Shown here: positions 25,670 through 41,933 of the stretch, piece by piece
Layout of the letters: every line of letters begins with the position of its first letter
How positions within the stretch are numbered: position 1 is the first letter of the stretch
From: Octopus vulgaris
Taxonomy: Eukaryota
Direction of reading: 5' to 3'
DNA length: 64,000 bases
Assembly: GCA_951406725.2 (NCBI GenBank)
Contig: OX597832.1
Span: 20,646,001-20,710,000 of the forward strand
Translations under genes and position numbers: made by a program
The notes under the pieces: generated by a model
The model's input: the letters and a program-made list of their open reading frames with translations, nothing else
What the model was told of the DNA's origin: nothing
Databases searched by the model: none

Positions 25670-25960
25670 TATCCTAATCTTTGGCATGAAAGCTATACGA
25701 ACTCTAGAAAAAGTCAGCGTTGCTTAGTTCCTAAAATCCCATACTTGCAGTCAAATTTCAAGACTATATAAGGCAATACCTAGGTATTCGAAGGCTTATA
25801 ACTCTGTATTATCCTCCCGGTCGAACTGAGAGATCTGCATGAGATAGAGGTAGATGTCTTCAAAATTAAACTGAGTCAACTACTGTCAACAGTAGGAGAT
25901 GAGCAAACTTCTGAAGAACGCAGGAATGATGGCATCAGGCTCCCTTGTTCATGAAATGCC
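25670..25960 (+). mobile_element. CR1-like LINE 3' end fragment
   Basis: SYTNSRKSQRCLVPKIP...IILPVELRDLHEIEVDVFKIKLSQLLSTVGDE aligns by eye to the C-terminal part of the 30030-30710 remnant. Confidence 0.65.
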
Positions 25961-26002
25961 AACTAATAAAAGGGGATTAATGAAGGTGAGTATACATATA
26001 TG

Positions 26003-26493
<491 letters not shown>

Positions 26494-26817
26494 GTCATGT
26501 TTGGCTACTTTCTTGTTTGTAAATTTTAAGAATTTATACGTTCAGCCACCTGCATCTCAATCAATCTTTCTATTTGGGCTTGTCCCCTTCTGCCGCTTTA
26601 CAATTGAGGACCGGTGTCAGTGTGTTTATATCCCGTATTCTAGCATTTCGGCTAAGTAATCAAGGGAAGAGGTAACACACACACATAAAAACATTTTAAA
26701 TTAAACTATGTTCTGGAGTCGATTCAGTTGACAAACTTTTTTCAAGGCTATGCACCACTTCGGCCATAGTCTAAAGACCAAAACAATTGAAAAGTAAAAC
26801 ATATGTACACGTACACA

Positions 26818-26885
<68 letters not shown>

Positions 26886-27075
26886 GTGTGTGTGTGTGTT
26901 TGTATGTGTGTGTGTGCGTGTGTGTGTGTGTTTGTATATATATATATATATATTAGAAGAAATTAGTTACCCTTCTAATATATATATATGTATAAATATA
27001 CATATGTATATATGAATGTATATATATACATATGTATATATATATGTATATATATACATAGGTATATATATACAT

Positions 27076-27133
<58 letters not shown>

Positions 27134-27214
27134 ATGTGCACAGAGAGAGACAGAGACAGAAAGAGAGATGCGGAAGTAAGGAATGAAGATTAAAGGGGTA
27201 AGAACGAGAGAGAG

Positions 27215-27275
<61 letters not shown>

Positions 27276-27891
27276 GCGTGCGTGTGTGCGTGTGTGTTTG
27301 TGCACGTTCTGTAATATGCATAAGGGAAAAATAATTTTATGATACGATACTACAGTATTATCTGCATATTTTTAATATTTTTGTACCGGTATATTGTATT
27401 CCCAACGTGCAACACAACCTTACATGTTCAAACATCGTCATATATGCATAATAGAAATATGGCAGTAATAATTAAGTGTAAACGCGAAATACAAATTCGA
27501 AAGCCGCCATTTTCTTTCTAAAGTACAAGAAGTAAAAAGAAAATATAGTAAAGCAAAAAAATAATCGGAATACAAATAAAACTATTTCCCTTTAGATTGG
27601 GATGCTTGAACACAAATATCATAAATGTGGGTGGTTTATTTAAAGATTAATGATTGTTGGAGTGAGAAAGGGGAACGAAAATAAATATATTATCGAGGAG
27701 AACACTAAATAAAAAGAGAAAACTTAATTACAAAAATGATAATAGAAATATATATAATATGAATAATACGATGAATAATAATGGGGAATGCGAAAGTGAC
27801 GATAAATAACCAAACTTGCAAACTAGAGTATGACTATGCGAAAGATGAATATGAATGTGTATATGTAAATATATTTGTGTGTAGATAGATG

Positions 27892-27958
<67 letters not shown>

Positions 27959-28010
27959 CAAACATACATATATACATACATACGTGCATGCATTGACAAA
28001 CAGATAGAGA

Positions 28011-28068
<58 letters not shown>

Positions 28069-28160
28069 GATAGATAGATAGTCATAAATAAATGAAAAAA
28101 TTATATATATATAAATTAATGAACATTTATGTGTACTTCCAATATACATCTGTATGATGC

Positions 28161-28213
<53 letters not shown>

Positions 28214-28336
28214 CACAGTCAAACATGCATTCACACGCACGTTCATATACATTTTTATATATGTAAATATGTATATACGTAAACGCATAAATTTACACAT
28301 GTATACATATATATAGATAGAGATAGATAGATAGAG

Positions 28337-28372
<36 letters not shown>

Positions 28373-28551
28373 CATACAAACATAGACACATATATAACAT
28401 ACATACACGCATCGATACGTACATACGATTTATAGGCCAGTTTGTTCAAATATTGTATTATTAATTACAATTTGTGTTTCATCAAAGACGTCGAGAGCAA
28501 TTCAGCCCACCTAGCTACCAATACCTGAAATACTCCGAGGTATAAATTCTC

Positions 28552-28618
<67 letters not shown>

Positions 28619-30029
28619 TATATATATGTATATATATATATATGGGAAATATTTTGAGTACTGGTGTATGTGTTTATATATGCGTCTATATATTCGTACG
28701 TGTGCGTGTCATATATGTAACTATGAATGGTTATATGTCGGAATGCATACATATTTATATTTTTGTATCATAGATATCAAAAAAATAGTTTTGGTCTGTA
28801 ATATGACTGTTTGCGCAAGCATCATTATCATGATAATCATCTTGGGCCCCATCGTCCTCATCATAAACATTGTCTTCTACACTATCAACATTATCCTCTG
28901 AGTCAACTCCAAAATAATGTTTTATATTCTAGAAGCAAGCGACTGATATTCGATACGCTAAAAGTACGCAACCAAACTGGTGCTGTTACAAATTAGAATC
29001 GTCTGAAAGGATTCGAGAAATGTGAAATAGAATGTTTTTTTTTCTGAAGAATATAACACACTGTCTATTCAAAAATTGGAAACCATGATCGCAAGAACGT
29101 TAGTAGTTTTCACATAACGATTACGTGAATGAGGGCAGGATAGACCTTCACATAATCATTTAATCAGGTTGTAGATGTACCAGTTCATGTACGTGTATAT
29201 GCATGTGTTTTGTATGCTATTATGCATAGTTATATATTTACATGCATATATACACGCAGGCAAACACAAACATATGTTGTGGAGATGAAGAACGATGGCA
29301 AAAGGAACGACTACAGAGTAGGAAGAATTTGTAACAAACGCTTTAAGAGTTTAACGCGCATATTCTCACAATAAGTCAGGCAATCGGCAGCTTAGGCTGG
29401 TCTGTGAACTCTTATCCACCGTACAGTTCGAATCGGGAGCCGTCTAACTTCGATATGTTGCGTCCAATAAATAATAACATTGGAGACATTGATTTGAAGG
29501 CAGAAATGAGATGAATGTGGTTTTGAAGTAGATAATATGACAAGGTAGTCCTTAATTTAATCCAAAGACAATTTAAGGCTTGAGTTTTGTGATGACATTA
29601 TTTGTGTTGGAGACAAATGTTCAGTATTACTTCTGTATAGAGGTCAATTTATTCCACAAACATATACCATACAAACGATCTATAACTCTGTTCAGAGCGA
29701 TTTGTTTTCACACAGATTAAATGTATCACATTAAACAAATGATACTTCCGGCTAGTTGAATAGAAAGTTTGAGTAAGACGGCGCGGATTTCGTTAAAACC
29801 CGAAATTTACGGCTTATGAAGAGGAAGTTTATATATTTTATATTATGAGAATCCCACACATATACAGACCAAAATATCACATCATACATATTGATATCTA
29901 AACAATGCATACACACATACAAACTAATACGTTTACATATTGTTTCCTCCTCAAAGCTGCGGTCATGCTGGGGCACCACGTTTGATTGACTGTGCTACAC
30001 TATTATTTGGAAACTCCTGTGATATGTGA

Positions 30030-30710
30030 TATTTGGTGAATGAGAACATTTGATGATGCTGCCCTAATCTATATTTCCTGCTGTGCGATACGCTCATCTG
30101 AAACCCTTGACAGGGGAAGATCCAACTTTGTTTTGAAGACACCTAGATCCACTTATGCATGCTTCTGAGACATTTTGGAAGGATATTAAAGAGTTTTGGG
30201 ACCTTGAAATTCAAGCTGTTGCGGTCTGGTCTTGTATGTTGATGGAGATGCTGGTATATTTAGCACTGTGTTGTAGAGCCCCGTTCTGCTGTTTGTGTAA
30301 CTTCCAATGACAAAGTTTGGTACAAGGCTTTCCAGGATATTCCAGATGTATATCATTGCATATGTTTCCCGCCTTCATTCTAAGAAGTGTTTTAATTCTT
30401 TCAATCTTGCATTAAGACGATTTTCTTTATCTAGCTTCGTTGGATTGTAAATTTTATATTGTGTTGTGGCCATAGTTGGGAGCAGTAATCCAATTTGCTG
30501 AGGACGTATGCCCTCAAATGGACCATCATTGACTCCTTTTCTTTTATTTTTAAAATTTGAAGGGTCCATCCAGCTACCCATCTGCATTTTATTACCAAAA
30601 TAGTAATATGCACTTGGAAAGATGCATCATTGCTCATGTCAATGCCCAGGTCACGCACCGAATTTATTCAGAGATTGCAATTCCTCCCGGGCCAGTGTAC
30701 CTTGTTTGGT
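30030..30710 (-). mobile_element. CR1-like LINE remnant (3' part of ORF2)
   Basis: [46 protein letters not shown] followed by RLKELK, YAMIYIWNILESLVPNF and PKLFNILP. Typical RT thumb and C-terminal region of CR1/L2-group LINEs; frameshifted. Confidence 0.85.
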
Positions 30711-30711
30711 C

Positions 30712-30821
<110 letters not shown>

Positions 30822-30861
30822 TATATATATATATATATAATTCATATATATATTATATATG

Positions 30862-30916
<55 letters not shown>

Positions 30917-31873
30917 GTATATTATTAGAAGTGATGTGCATGCATACATGTAAGCAGGTCCAAATTAATATCGTCTTCAGAAGTGACAGGGTGGATATCT
31001 GGCAGACCCGTAAGAGATTTGCTGTATTTGTGCTGACTGTTGAGTCAAAATCCCAAGACCAACATGTCAAAGACACGCAAATCATTTTCTGATGACATTA
31101 AAATTAAGTACCAGCTAAATAAAGGATAAAATGGCATCAGCTCATTCAGCCTGCAAAATTCTATCATTGCCCGTACGTGAGAAACCATTCTCTTCAGAAA
31201 TATCTAGAAGCTGAAATACAGCTACAATTCAAATTATCATTTGGGGGAATCTTTAATTCTTCATAGATTAGAGGAGAATACGATTATATAATGTTAGAAA
31301 TATTATCGCAGTTTTTTTTTTTAAAGAAGTTTTAAAAATAGTTTGCTCTTGAAGAAATATCTTAATTGGTTCCAAAGATAATAACGATCAATTTTGCGTT
31401 GTGTAATAGCAGAATGGTAATTTTAAGAGATGCCCTAAATTTTCAAGTGATTAACATTCTGAAAATTGGAATGCCAGGATTTACACACGCATAAACTCAA
31501 AGAGACAGTTATATCAACATACCCATACACACATACAGAAACAAATACACACACACACACTCACACACACACACACACACCTATATGTACCATACATATA
31601 TGTACTTAGATAGGAATTTTAGCAGTATATATTGTAGTAGTATATATATAAATATACATACATATAGAGAGATCCATTTATACATATAGATATATAAGAT
31701 AGATATAGATAGATAGATACATTCATACATACATACTTACATACGTACATACATACATACATACATACTTAGACAGATACATTGGTAGATTTAAGAAAAT
31801 ATATCTAGCATCTCGTACGACAAGAAAAATACAAAAAACATAAGTATTAGTTTCTCGTAAAAAGTTTTTAAAA

Positions 31874-31914
31874 ATCTTTAACGTTTCTGACAAACAGCCC
31901 TTCATCAAGAAGAC
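31874..31914 (-). ncRNA. Degenerate hammerhead motif in a short element (about 31787-32003)
   Basis: Minus strand GUCUUC-UUGAUGA-A-GGGC-uguuu-GUCA-GAAA-CG-UU-AAAGAU. Downstream AAACTAATAC...CTTGTC is shared with the 4371-4533 element. Confidence 0.4.
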
Positions 31915-32205
31915 AGAAAGAGAAAAGAGAAGGAAATTATAATCGATAAAATTTAAAGAAAGACAAAGTCTCACCTCAGTATATTCCACATTATACTAAT
32001 TTATATATATCAAACTGTTTTATAATGCAAGGCTTAATAGAATAAATGTATCAATACATGCGCACGAAATTATTTCGATTGAAAGTTGATTGCCACCTTG
32101 AATTGATAGAGTACATGAAGAAATGAATTTTATTGTTGCTATTGCATAAAAGGAATTTGGTGATAATTTTAATACACATATGTATATATATCAATCAATC
32201 AATCA

Positions 32206-32279
<74 letters not shown>

Positions 32280-32301
32280 TTCTTTATCTATCAATATGTG
32301 A

Positions 32302-32364
<63 letters not shown>

Positions 32365-32831
32365 GATATATATATATATGCATGCATGTATGTATGAATG
32401 TATGTACATATGCATGTATGTGTATATGTCTTTATTCAATAGAGAAAGAACCGGTTACGAACCTAGGTCCAAGGCCTTTTCATTGGAATTTCAACATCAA
32501 CAGCAGGGTATTTTTGTTTGTGTGTATATATGTAAGGATGTTTGTATGTGTGTGTGTATGTATGTATTCCATATGTATGTGCAGATTTGTGGGTTTTTAT
32601 TCATGTATTCTCATGCATATAGTTGCATACCTAGAATGCTCATATAGGTTTACATGATAAACATCTGAAAAGTTTTACATATTTTTACAGTACCAGTTAC
32701 GGATCGGATCTGTCGTTTTCAAATTCGCTTTCTCCTTTCTAGTTTTGAGAAACCTAATTTCTTAAGATTTGTATATAGGCAGTGTGTTACATATCCCAGC
32801 GCCCCGTATGTGTGCGTATACGCACCATCAC

Positions 32832-33097
<266 letters not shown>

Positions 33098-33299
33098 ATT
33101 TAGGAGTATAACTCCAAACTTACAGGGAAAATTTCAATTTAGTATTAAATCAAATTTCACAATATAAATATATATTAGAGAAAAACCATATATATATATA
33201 TATATGCGATTTTAACTCTTGGATCAGACATATACGTCTACATTTATAAACATGCATTCTCATTTACCTACTTATTTATCCATATGCACACATACACAA

Positions 33300-33338
<39 letters not shown>

Positions 33339-33903
33339 CATACATACGTGTGTGCTTGCACTTGCGTTTGATCTCTAGGAGAGCTTCCACAAGCTATGAT
33401 GTTGCTTCTGTTATTACTGATTCATTTTCTCCATAATTCCTCTGAAATTATAAGTGTGTGTGTGTGTGTCTGTGTGTATGCGTGTATACATATATATATG
33501 CATAAACATATATATATATATTCATACACTGACGTACATCCTTCATGCAACGAACGTCCATTTTTTTTCCTAGTCTGCTTTTAAAAGGAATTGTTCTTTC
33601 TTCTGTTTATATTGCATCTGGTTCATTTGGTCAATTTAATTTCTCGATCTAAATTCCCTTATAAATTTTCTCTTTTTCTAATTCGATTCCAACATTTTGG
33701 TGTATATCCTTTTATATTTGATTATCTATTTTTATATATTGTGATAGGTTTCTTTTTAATGTTGGTTAATATATAATTGAAGGCATACGTGAAACGATAA
33801 TAATGTTTGGAATTGTAAATAAACATGTAATTCCTTTTTACGTATATGCCAGAAACAGCGAGAAATTGAAAAAGTAAATACGTTCTAAAAGTTACTACAC
33901 ACA

Positions 33904-33961
<58 letters not shown>

Positions 33962-34170
33962 CATATATATATTTATATTTATATATAGATATATAAATGA
34001 ATATATATATAAAGAGAGATGAATATACATATATATGTATGTATAGAGGAATATATATGTATATGAACACATGTATGTATAAATATAGATGAATGTATAT
34101 ATATGTATTTATATATATACACACACACACACATATATATATATGCATAAATGTATAAACAGAAATCTGT

Positions 34171-34219
<49 letters not shown>

Positions 34220-34971
34220 TGTATATACACATATGTTCACATATATATAAATACATATATGTGTGTTTATGGGTTCCTACATATATATATATATATATAT
34301 AACCATACACATACACACAAACATACGTACACGTATGTGTATGCGTGTGTGTGAGAATAATTTATATTTCTACCTGCATGTATCAGGGAAACATCAAGGC
34401 ATATGGTGTGTTCATGTGTATATAATTATGACTATTTCCACAGAATGCTAAAATCATATGTTTATAAATCTCTATGTAGTTCAAACATCGTATACACACC
34501 AGAAATAAAACAGGCGATTTATTTAAAAGAAATATTTCGTAACGTTTTAATAATTTTAATACGAATAAAATTACGAATGATATTTGATATAAATATCTAT
34601 AATTTACATAATTCAACTCACTTTGTCTGCATTATTTTTCTAAATTAGGCCTTATTGCTCTATCTTTAGTTTTAAGTGAAATGTCATATTAACATTTTAG
34701 AAATGTTTAAAATTGCCATGTGAATTTCAATACAGGAAAAGAGCGATTACAACAACGAATCTAATATCTTCTTAAATATAACCTCTTCTACAAGAGGGAA
34801 AGAAATATTTAGTTGTATATATAAATTGCTCCTGAAAATTGCTGATGTGTATTTTATTCCATCTACGTATATTTTGGTATTTCTGCTAAAATTTATCGAA
34901 TAATTTACGGTTTTAAGCGATATTTTTTTTTCGTCTTGCATAAGTTTCGTTTAGTATTGGTACATGCATGT

Positions 34972-35406
34972 CTGCGTGGCTAAAAAGCTCGCTTTGCTAA
35001 TCTGTGGTTTTGGGTTCAGTTCCTTTGTGGGGAACCTTCAGCTTTTTTAATTTTTCTGCTATTGTCCCAGGTCGATTAATGCTCCGCAATTGAATTTGGT
35101 TGGCGGAAATTGAACGGTAACCCGTCTTGTATATACACACACACACGCACGCATACACACATATATACAGACACACACACACACACACACACAAACACAA
35201 ACACACACGTCTCTGTGTGTGTACGTCCACGCATGAGTCTTTATGTTTGTCCCGCCCCACCACTTCACAACCGGTAACCAAACACAACCAGAACCCTTTA
35301 GTCGGCCCGAGGCTATAGCAGAAGACATTTGACGAAAGTTACTTGCAATGGGATTGAACCCGGAAATCTGTAGCGTTGAAGCAAGCTTCTTACCAAGAAG
35401 CCATGC
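34972..35406. mobile_element. Two diverged SINE type A 5' halves in opposite orientation
   Basis: Plus head GTGGCTAAAAAGCTCGC...GGGTTCAGTTCC near 34976-35023; minus head CGGCCCGAGGCTATAGCAGAAGACA...GGATTGAACCCGG near 35303-35363. Confidence 0.6.
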
Positions 35407-35465
35407 ATACATGTGTGTGTGTGTGTTTGTGTGTGTGTGTATGTTAGTGTGTGTGTGTTTTTTTT

Positions 35466-35880
35466 AAGGTGAGCTGGCAGAAACGTTAGCACGCCGGGCG
35501 AAATGCTTAGCGGTATTTGGTCTGCCGTTACGTTCTGAGTTCAAATTTCGCCGATGTCGACTTTGCCTTTCATCCTTCCGGAGTCGATAAATTAAGTACC
35601 AGTTACGCACTTGGGTCAATGTAATCAACTTAATCCCTTTATCTGTCCTTGATTTTCCCTTTTATGTTTAGACCCTTGTGGGCAATAAAGAAATAAGAAA
35701 AGTTAGCTCGCCGGGCAAAATGCTTAGCGGTTTTTCGCATGTGTTTACGTTCTAAGTTCAAATTCCGTCGGGGTTCACTTTGCCTTTCATCCATTCGGAT
35801 GTACCAGTCGCGTAAAGGGGTCGATGTAATCGACTGGACCACACCTCAAAACTTTCGGACCTCGTGCCTAGTGTAGGAAA
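35466..35880 (+). mobile_element. SINE type B dimer
   Basis: GGTGAGCTGGCAGAAACGTTAGCACGCCGGGCG...GAGTTCAAAT (B box)...GCCTTTCATCCTTCCGGAGTCGATAAATTAAGTACCAG; second unit starts about 35697. Confidence 0.85.
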
Positions 35881-36164
35881 CAATAAAATATTTCTACTTT
35901 TCTTCAGATGAGACCATCCAGAACTGTTGCTGCTTAAGTTTATTGTCTGCACACATATAAAGGTAGTAAAATAAATGAGTCGCATCTATGATACAATTCG
36001 TGTATGTGTGTGTGTGAGTCTATGTGTGCATATATGCGCATGTGCATATAAATGGAAATATAAACGCATATGAATGTGTGTGTGTGCAAAAGCCTAGTGA
36101 CGGATTCGATCCTTGAACTACGTGGTAGTGAACCACTCTACTACACAGGCTTGCCTTTGTACAT

Positions 36165-36248
<84 letters not shown>

Positions 36249-36919
36249 TGTGTGTGTGTGTATATATATACGTATAAATACATACATATGTATATATATA
36301 TATATATATACATATATATATACGTATATATATACATATATATACACATATTTATGTATATATGTATGTATGCATGTATGTATGTACGTACGCATGTATG
36401 TATGTATGTATGTATGTATGTATGTATGTATGTATGTATGTATGTATGTGTGTGCGCGCGCTTATGTGTGCCTGTGTGTATATACATATACATGTACATC
36501 CATGTATGCATATATATATATATATGCATACACACACATACATAAAGATATGCACATACACACATACATTCATGAAAACACACTCGCACCCACATATTCA
36601 AACACACACACACACACACATGTATTAATAGAGAGGGCGAGTAATTGGGAAATAAGAGAAGAAATATGACATCTCAGCTCTAGTAATGTCTGTCACGTAA
36701 GATATAACGATTGTATCAGGTTGGTTAAATGTGATGAAGAATCTAGGGAAAACCTATCAATTTTTCATCAATCGATTATATCCAGCAATCTTCCACATAT
36801 CAATTCTTTGATCTTTTTCAATTACTTAGCAGTCTCTAAAGGAAAGATGTTCTCTTTAGAAAAAATATCTATGTATGTCTGTGTAGATATGTGTGTGCTT
36901 ATGAGCAATTAAATTTATA

Positions 36920-36963
<44 letters not shown>

Positions 36964-36965
36964 TA

Positions 36966-37044
<79 letters not shown>

Positions 37045-37190
37045 ACATATATATATGTACATATATGTATATGTACATATATATCTATGTATATATATAT
37101 ATATGCATATATATGATATATATATGTATATTTATACACATATATATATATCTATATATACATGCATGTATATTTATATATATGTACATA

Positions 37191-37267
<77 letters not shown>

Positions 37268-37372
37268 ACATATATATATGTACATATATGTATATGTACA
37301 TATATATCTATGTATATATATATATGCATATATATGATATATATGTGTATATTTATACACATATATAATGCG

Positions 37373-37418
<46 letters not shown>

Positions 37419-37906
37419 TTGTTTAATGTACTCAGTATATCGTTATGAGCAAATAATAGTTTCGTTCAGAGATGTAAGGTGAAAAAAAAAATCAAAAAGG
37501 AAAAACAAGAGAATTAGAGTTATGTCCTCTCTGACCAAACTCGAAAGGCGAGATTGTGTAGAATCAATGGAAATTATCCAAAGTCTTCGGTATAACTGCT
37601 CAATGCAAAAACGGTGGTGTTTCTTTTGGCGAGTTGGCGAAACCGATCTTTCCCGCCATCCACTTTTTGCATGCAACTTCATCTGCTATTTTCTCCTGTC
37701 TTCTCAAGTATTGTACTGATTTTTAACTTGTGTACGCGATGTGCTCAGAGCCTGTCTATTACTTGAAAATTCTCGGCACGTTTTAAAACATGCTCAGATA
37801 ATATCTTCGCATTTCGTCTGTTTTTACATTCTGAGTTCGAATTCTGCCGATTTCGAATTTGCTTTTCATAATTTCGACATCGATAAAATAAACACCATTT
37901 GAGCAC

Positions 37907-38300
37907 TGGCGGTGTGGTAAGTAGCTTGCTTAACAACCACATGGTTCCGGATTGAGTCCCACTGCGTGGCACGTTGGTCCAGTGTCTCCCACTATAGCCA
38001 CGGGTCGACCAATGCCTTGTTAATAGATTCGGTAGATGGAAGCTGAAAGAAACCCGTCGTATATATGAACATATATGTGTTATATGTGTGTCTGTGTCTG
38101 TGTCTGTATTTGTCCCACACCATCCCTTGATAACCGACATTGGTGTGTTTACGTCCCCGGACTTAGCGGTTCGACCAAAGAAAACGATAGAACAAGTACT
38201 AGTCTTAAAAAATAATAACTCCTGGGGTCGATTTGTTGGACTAAAGGTGGTGCTCCAACCTGGCCGCAGTTAAATGACTGAAACAAATAAAAGAATAAAG
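37907..38300 (+). mobile_element. SINE type A
   Basis: TGGCGGTGTGGTAAGTAGCTTGCTTAACAACCACATGGTTCCGG...AAATGACTGAAACAAATAAAAG. Confidence 0.85.
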
Positions 38301-38496
38301 GAACAAAAGAATGATATTCAGAATTTTTCATCTCTAACATATAGAACAGTATTATCTTATCGGTACGAAGCCGACATTAGACTTCAGTGTTGAGACATAC
38401 AGAGAAACTCCATCAGAAACTATTTCGTGTGAAGTTGTAGAGACTGAAAGCTAATATTAACATCAGCAAGAAAATACCTTAGGAATGAGAACCCAA

Positions 38497-38598
38497 GGTG
38501 CGTATTATACACAAGGTTTAGGTTTTTCAGAGGTACAGCCTCCTAAAAATTCCCTGCGTATTATACTCAAAGGCGGACCATACTCGAGGATTTACAGG
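38497..38598. mobile_element. One end of a pogo/Tigger-like MITE
   Basis: Ends ATACTCGAGGATTTACAGG (reverse complement resembles CCGTAAATCCTCGAGTAT-type TIRs). Subterminal TGCGTATTATAC occurs twice. Confidence 0.5.
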
Positions 38599-38735
38599 AT
38601 ATATATTTGTGTGATGTATATATAAGTATATATGAGTACGTACTTATGTCCATATGCATTTTGTATGCCCATATGCCTGTATGCATGGAAACACATACAT
38701 GCGTGCGAACGTATTACTCGCATATATACATATGC

Positions 38736-38772
<37 letters not shown>

Positions 38773-39079
38773 TACATATGTACATATAAACATTCGTAGA
38801 GCATGCATAAATTGGTGCATACCAACATGCATGCATGCCTATATATGTTTACGTGTATATGCATGTAATTTAAGTTGTATCGAAAATCGCTTGTTCCTGA
38901 ACGAGAAATCGGATATTTTCAATTTGGGAAGTGAAATGAGATCATATAGACAGAGCTACATAAATACTTGCACAAATACTTATACGAACGATCATACACT
39001 CACAGACACATATCTACTTTTATGCGTAAATACACATATTATTCAACGAATCTTCTTTACACGTGTAATTCAAAATATA

Positions 39080-39298
39080 CGATGTGGGGCTGCTGAAAAT
39101 TTCCTGTCTTTGAGGGTATCGCGAAAGGCCTGTGTGGAGGCCCCGCCTTCAGAGTTTTTTTACGGGGCTTAGAAAAAGTCGAAGGAACACTGCAAGCGCG
39201 AGAATCTGAGAGAGGAATATGTTGAATAAAATCATAATTAACTGATAATCCTGTATTTTCTTTTACCAAAACCCAGGAACTTTTTCAGCATCCCCTGG
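39080..39298 (+). mobile_element. Mariner-derived MITE / internal deletion derivative
   Basis: Imperfect TIRs CGATGTGGGGCTGCTGAAAATTTCCTG and CAGGAACTTTTTCAGCATCCCCTGG, TA on both flanks, and internal GAATATGTTGAATAA (EYVE-stop, a typical mariner transposase end). Confidence 0.75.
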
Positions 39299-39782
39299 TA
39301 TATATATTGTGTGTGTGTGTGTATGCATGTAGACACACACACAGACACACACACACACACACACTCACTCACACATGCGCGCTCGCTGACTTACATATGT
39401 GCATATAAATTTACACGTATATACCTATGCATCTGAGAATCCATTTAAATCTCCACGTATTCGTCCCCACAATATCCGTCAATCTATCCATCAGTTGATC
39501 CATCCGTCTCTCTATTCCATCCAATTAGCTCCGTGAGCAGATATATCTGCATTGCATCCATCCATCCATCCATATATCCATGCACTCGTCCATGCACGGA
39601 TCGCTACACAGCCAGTCAGACAACTTTCGTTAATGTGAGAAAAAATGGTGGAGGAATGGAAGACTTTTGCTAATAAAAACCATGGATCTATTGGATGGAT
39701 ATTAAAAGGATGAATGATAGAAATTGGTTGAAAGAAGGAGAGAGGGAGAGAGAGAACGACAGAAAGAAAGAAAGACTAGTGA

Positions 39783-39863
<81 letters not shown>

Positions 39864-40047
39864 GCATATATATTTATGTATATATGTATGCATTACATGC
39901 CTAGGAGGGACGCATCATTCTAATTTAATCACAAATGAATAAGATCCGAAAATAACACATCTTTACATCTCAAATACTCACTTATTGAAAATAAAAACAA
40001 GTTTGCCTGTTGGACGGCTTTGGGAAGGTACTTCAAGGAGTAATAAG

Positions 40048-40086
<39 letters not shown>

Positions 40087-40231
40087 ATAGATAGATAGAT
40101 AGATAGATAGTTAGATAGATAGATAGACATGCTTATATATACATATATATACATATATATACATATATGTATATAGCATATATATATGTATATATATATA
40201 CATATATATATATAAATACATATACATATAT

Positions 40232-40278
<47 letters not shown>

Positions 40279-40296
40279 TATATATATGTACGTATG

Positions 40297-40333
<37 letters not shown>

Positions 40334-41328
40334 TTACATATATATATACATACATACATAAATATATATACATTATACAGAAGGTGCATAAATTACAAGA
40401 AAGCAATATCTACATAGAATGAGAGAGATATTGTGATTATACATATGTGGAGAGAAAGATATACATTTATATATACATAGCGAGAGAGAGAGAGAGGGGG
40501 AGAGAGGGAGAGAGAGGAAGAGACAGACAGACGGACAGACAGACTGACTGATGGATGGATAGATAGATAGATAGATATATAGATAGATAGATAAGGAGCG
40601 AATACGAAGTGGAGGTGGGGGAAATTGCTTCAGAGAAGGCAGACAGTTGTATACGTATTTTGTATTGGCATGTAGGATGCGCACACCCACACGTGAACAC
40701 AAACATGTCCACATGCACAAACAGAAATCAAACACACATTCGTATATTAGCAAATATATTTAAAGTTAGTTATTGTTGGTGGTTTTGTTGATCCTTTTTC
40801 TTTCTTCTTTCTCTTTATTTTCTTCCCTTTTTTTTTTCCTTCCTCTCTTCTCCTTCTGTGACGCAGTGTGATATCAAATTAAGCCGAAGATCTTAAGCAT
40901 TGAAATGTGATCCAGATGGAATGAGAAAATTAATCAAACTCCTCAACCATAACGAGGAAGGATTTCCCTTCCATACATAAACGGCGCAAACTTTATTTGC
41001 ATTCCTCGTTCAAATACAAAAATAAATGATCCAATCTACCAAACTAACTGGAACATTAATATCAATGGATTCCTGGGGTAACTAACAAAACATTACAAAA
41101 CCAGCTATCAGATCAGCAATATTAATATTAAGAGCAAATGCCGACGGAGGGAAAAATCGTTAGAGCGTTCGACTTCATTCCTTGTTGTATTCGGTTTCTT
41201 ACTCCGCTTTAAGATTTGCATTCTGAGTTCAAACTATGTTAAAGTTAATTTCGGGTTGAATTCTTCCTGGGTCGGTACAATAATGTGTAAAGAATTCTTA
41301 GGATTAATAAAATCGTCTATTTATCTTC

Positions 41329-41933
41329 TTTTCTACTCTAGGCACAAGGCCCAATTTTTTTTTTTTAGCCACTCGATTACATCGACCCAGTACGCAGTTG
41401 GTACTTAATTTATCGACCCCGAAAAGATGAAATGCAAAGTTACCCTCAGCAGAATTTGAACTCAGAACGTAAAGACAGGCGAATAACGATAAACATTTCG
41501 CCTGGCATGCTGACGTTTCTTATTTCTTTATTGCCCACAAGGGGCTAAACATAGAGGGGACAGACAAAAGAATTAAGTCGATTACATTGATCCCAGTACG
41601 TAACTGGTACTTAATGTACCCACCCCGAAAGGATGAAAGGCAAAGTCAACCTCGGCGGAATTTGAACTCAGAACGTAGCGGCAGACAAAATACTTGTAAG
41701 CATTTCTCCCGGCGTGCTAACGATTCTTTTCTACTCTAGGCACAAAGCTCGAAATTTGGTGGGGAGGGGGCCACTCGATTAGATCGAGCGCAACTGGTAC
41801 TTAATTTATAGACCCCAAATGGATGAAAAGCAACGTCGACCTCAGCGGAATTTGAACTCAGAACGTAAGGACAGACGAAATACTGGTAAGCATTTGGTGC
41901 AGCATGTTAGCGATTCTGCCAGCTCGCCGTCTT
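41329..41933 (-). mobile_element. SINE type B trimer
   Basis: GAATTTGAACTCAGAACGTA occurs three times (about 41452, 41658, 41848); junctions near 41520 and 41727. Confidence 0.88.

Noticed and set aside
29274-29460. TGTTGTGG-starting island resembling an LTR end
   Set aside because: No matching CA end, second LTR, primer-binding site or TSD could be identified.
37031-37366. Repeated ~115-bp TA/TG composite block
   Set aside because: Real, but an ordinary slippage duplication within low-complexity DNA, with no sign of function.
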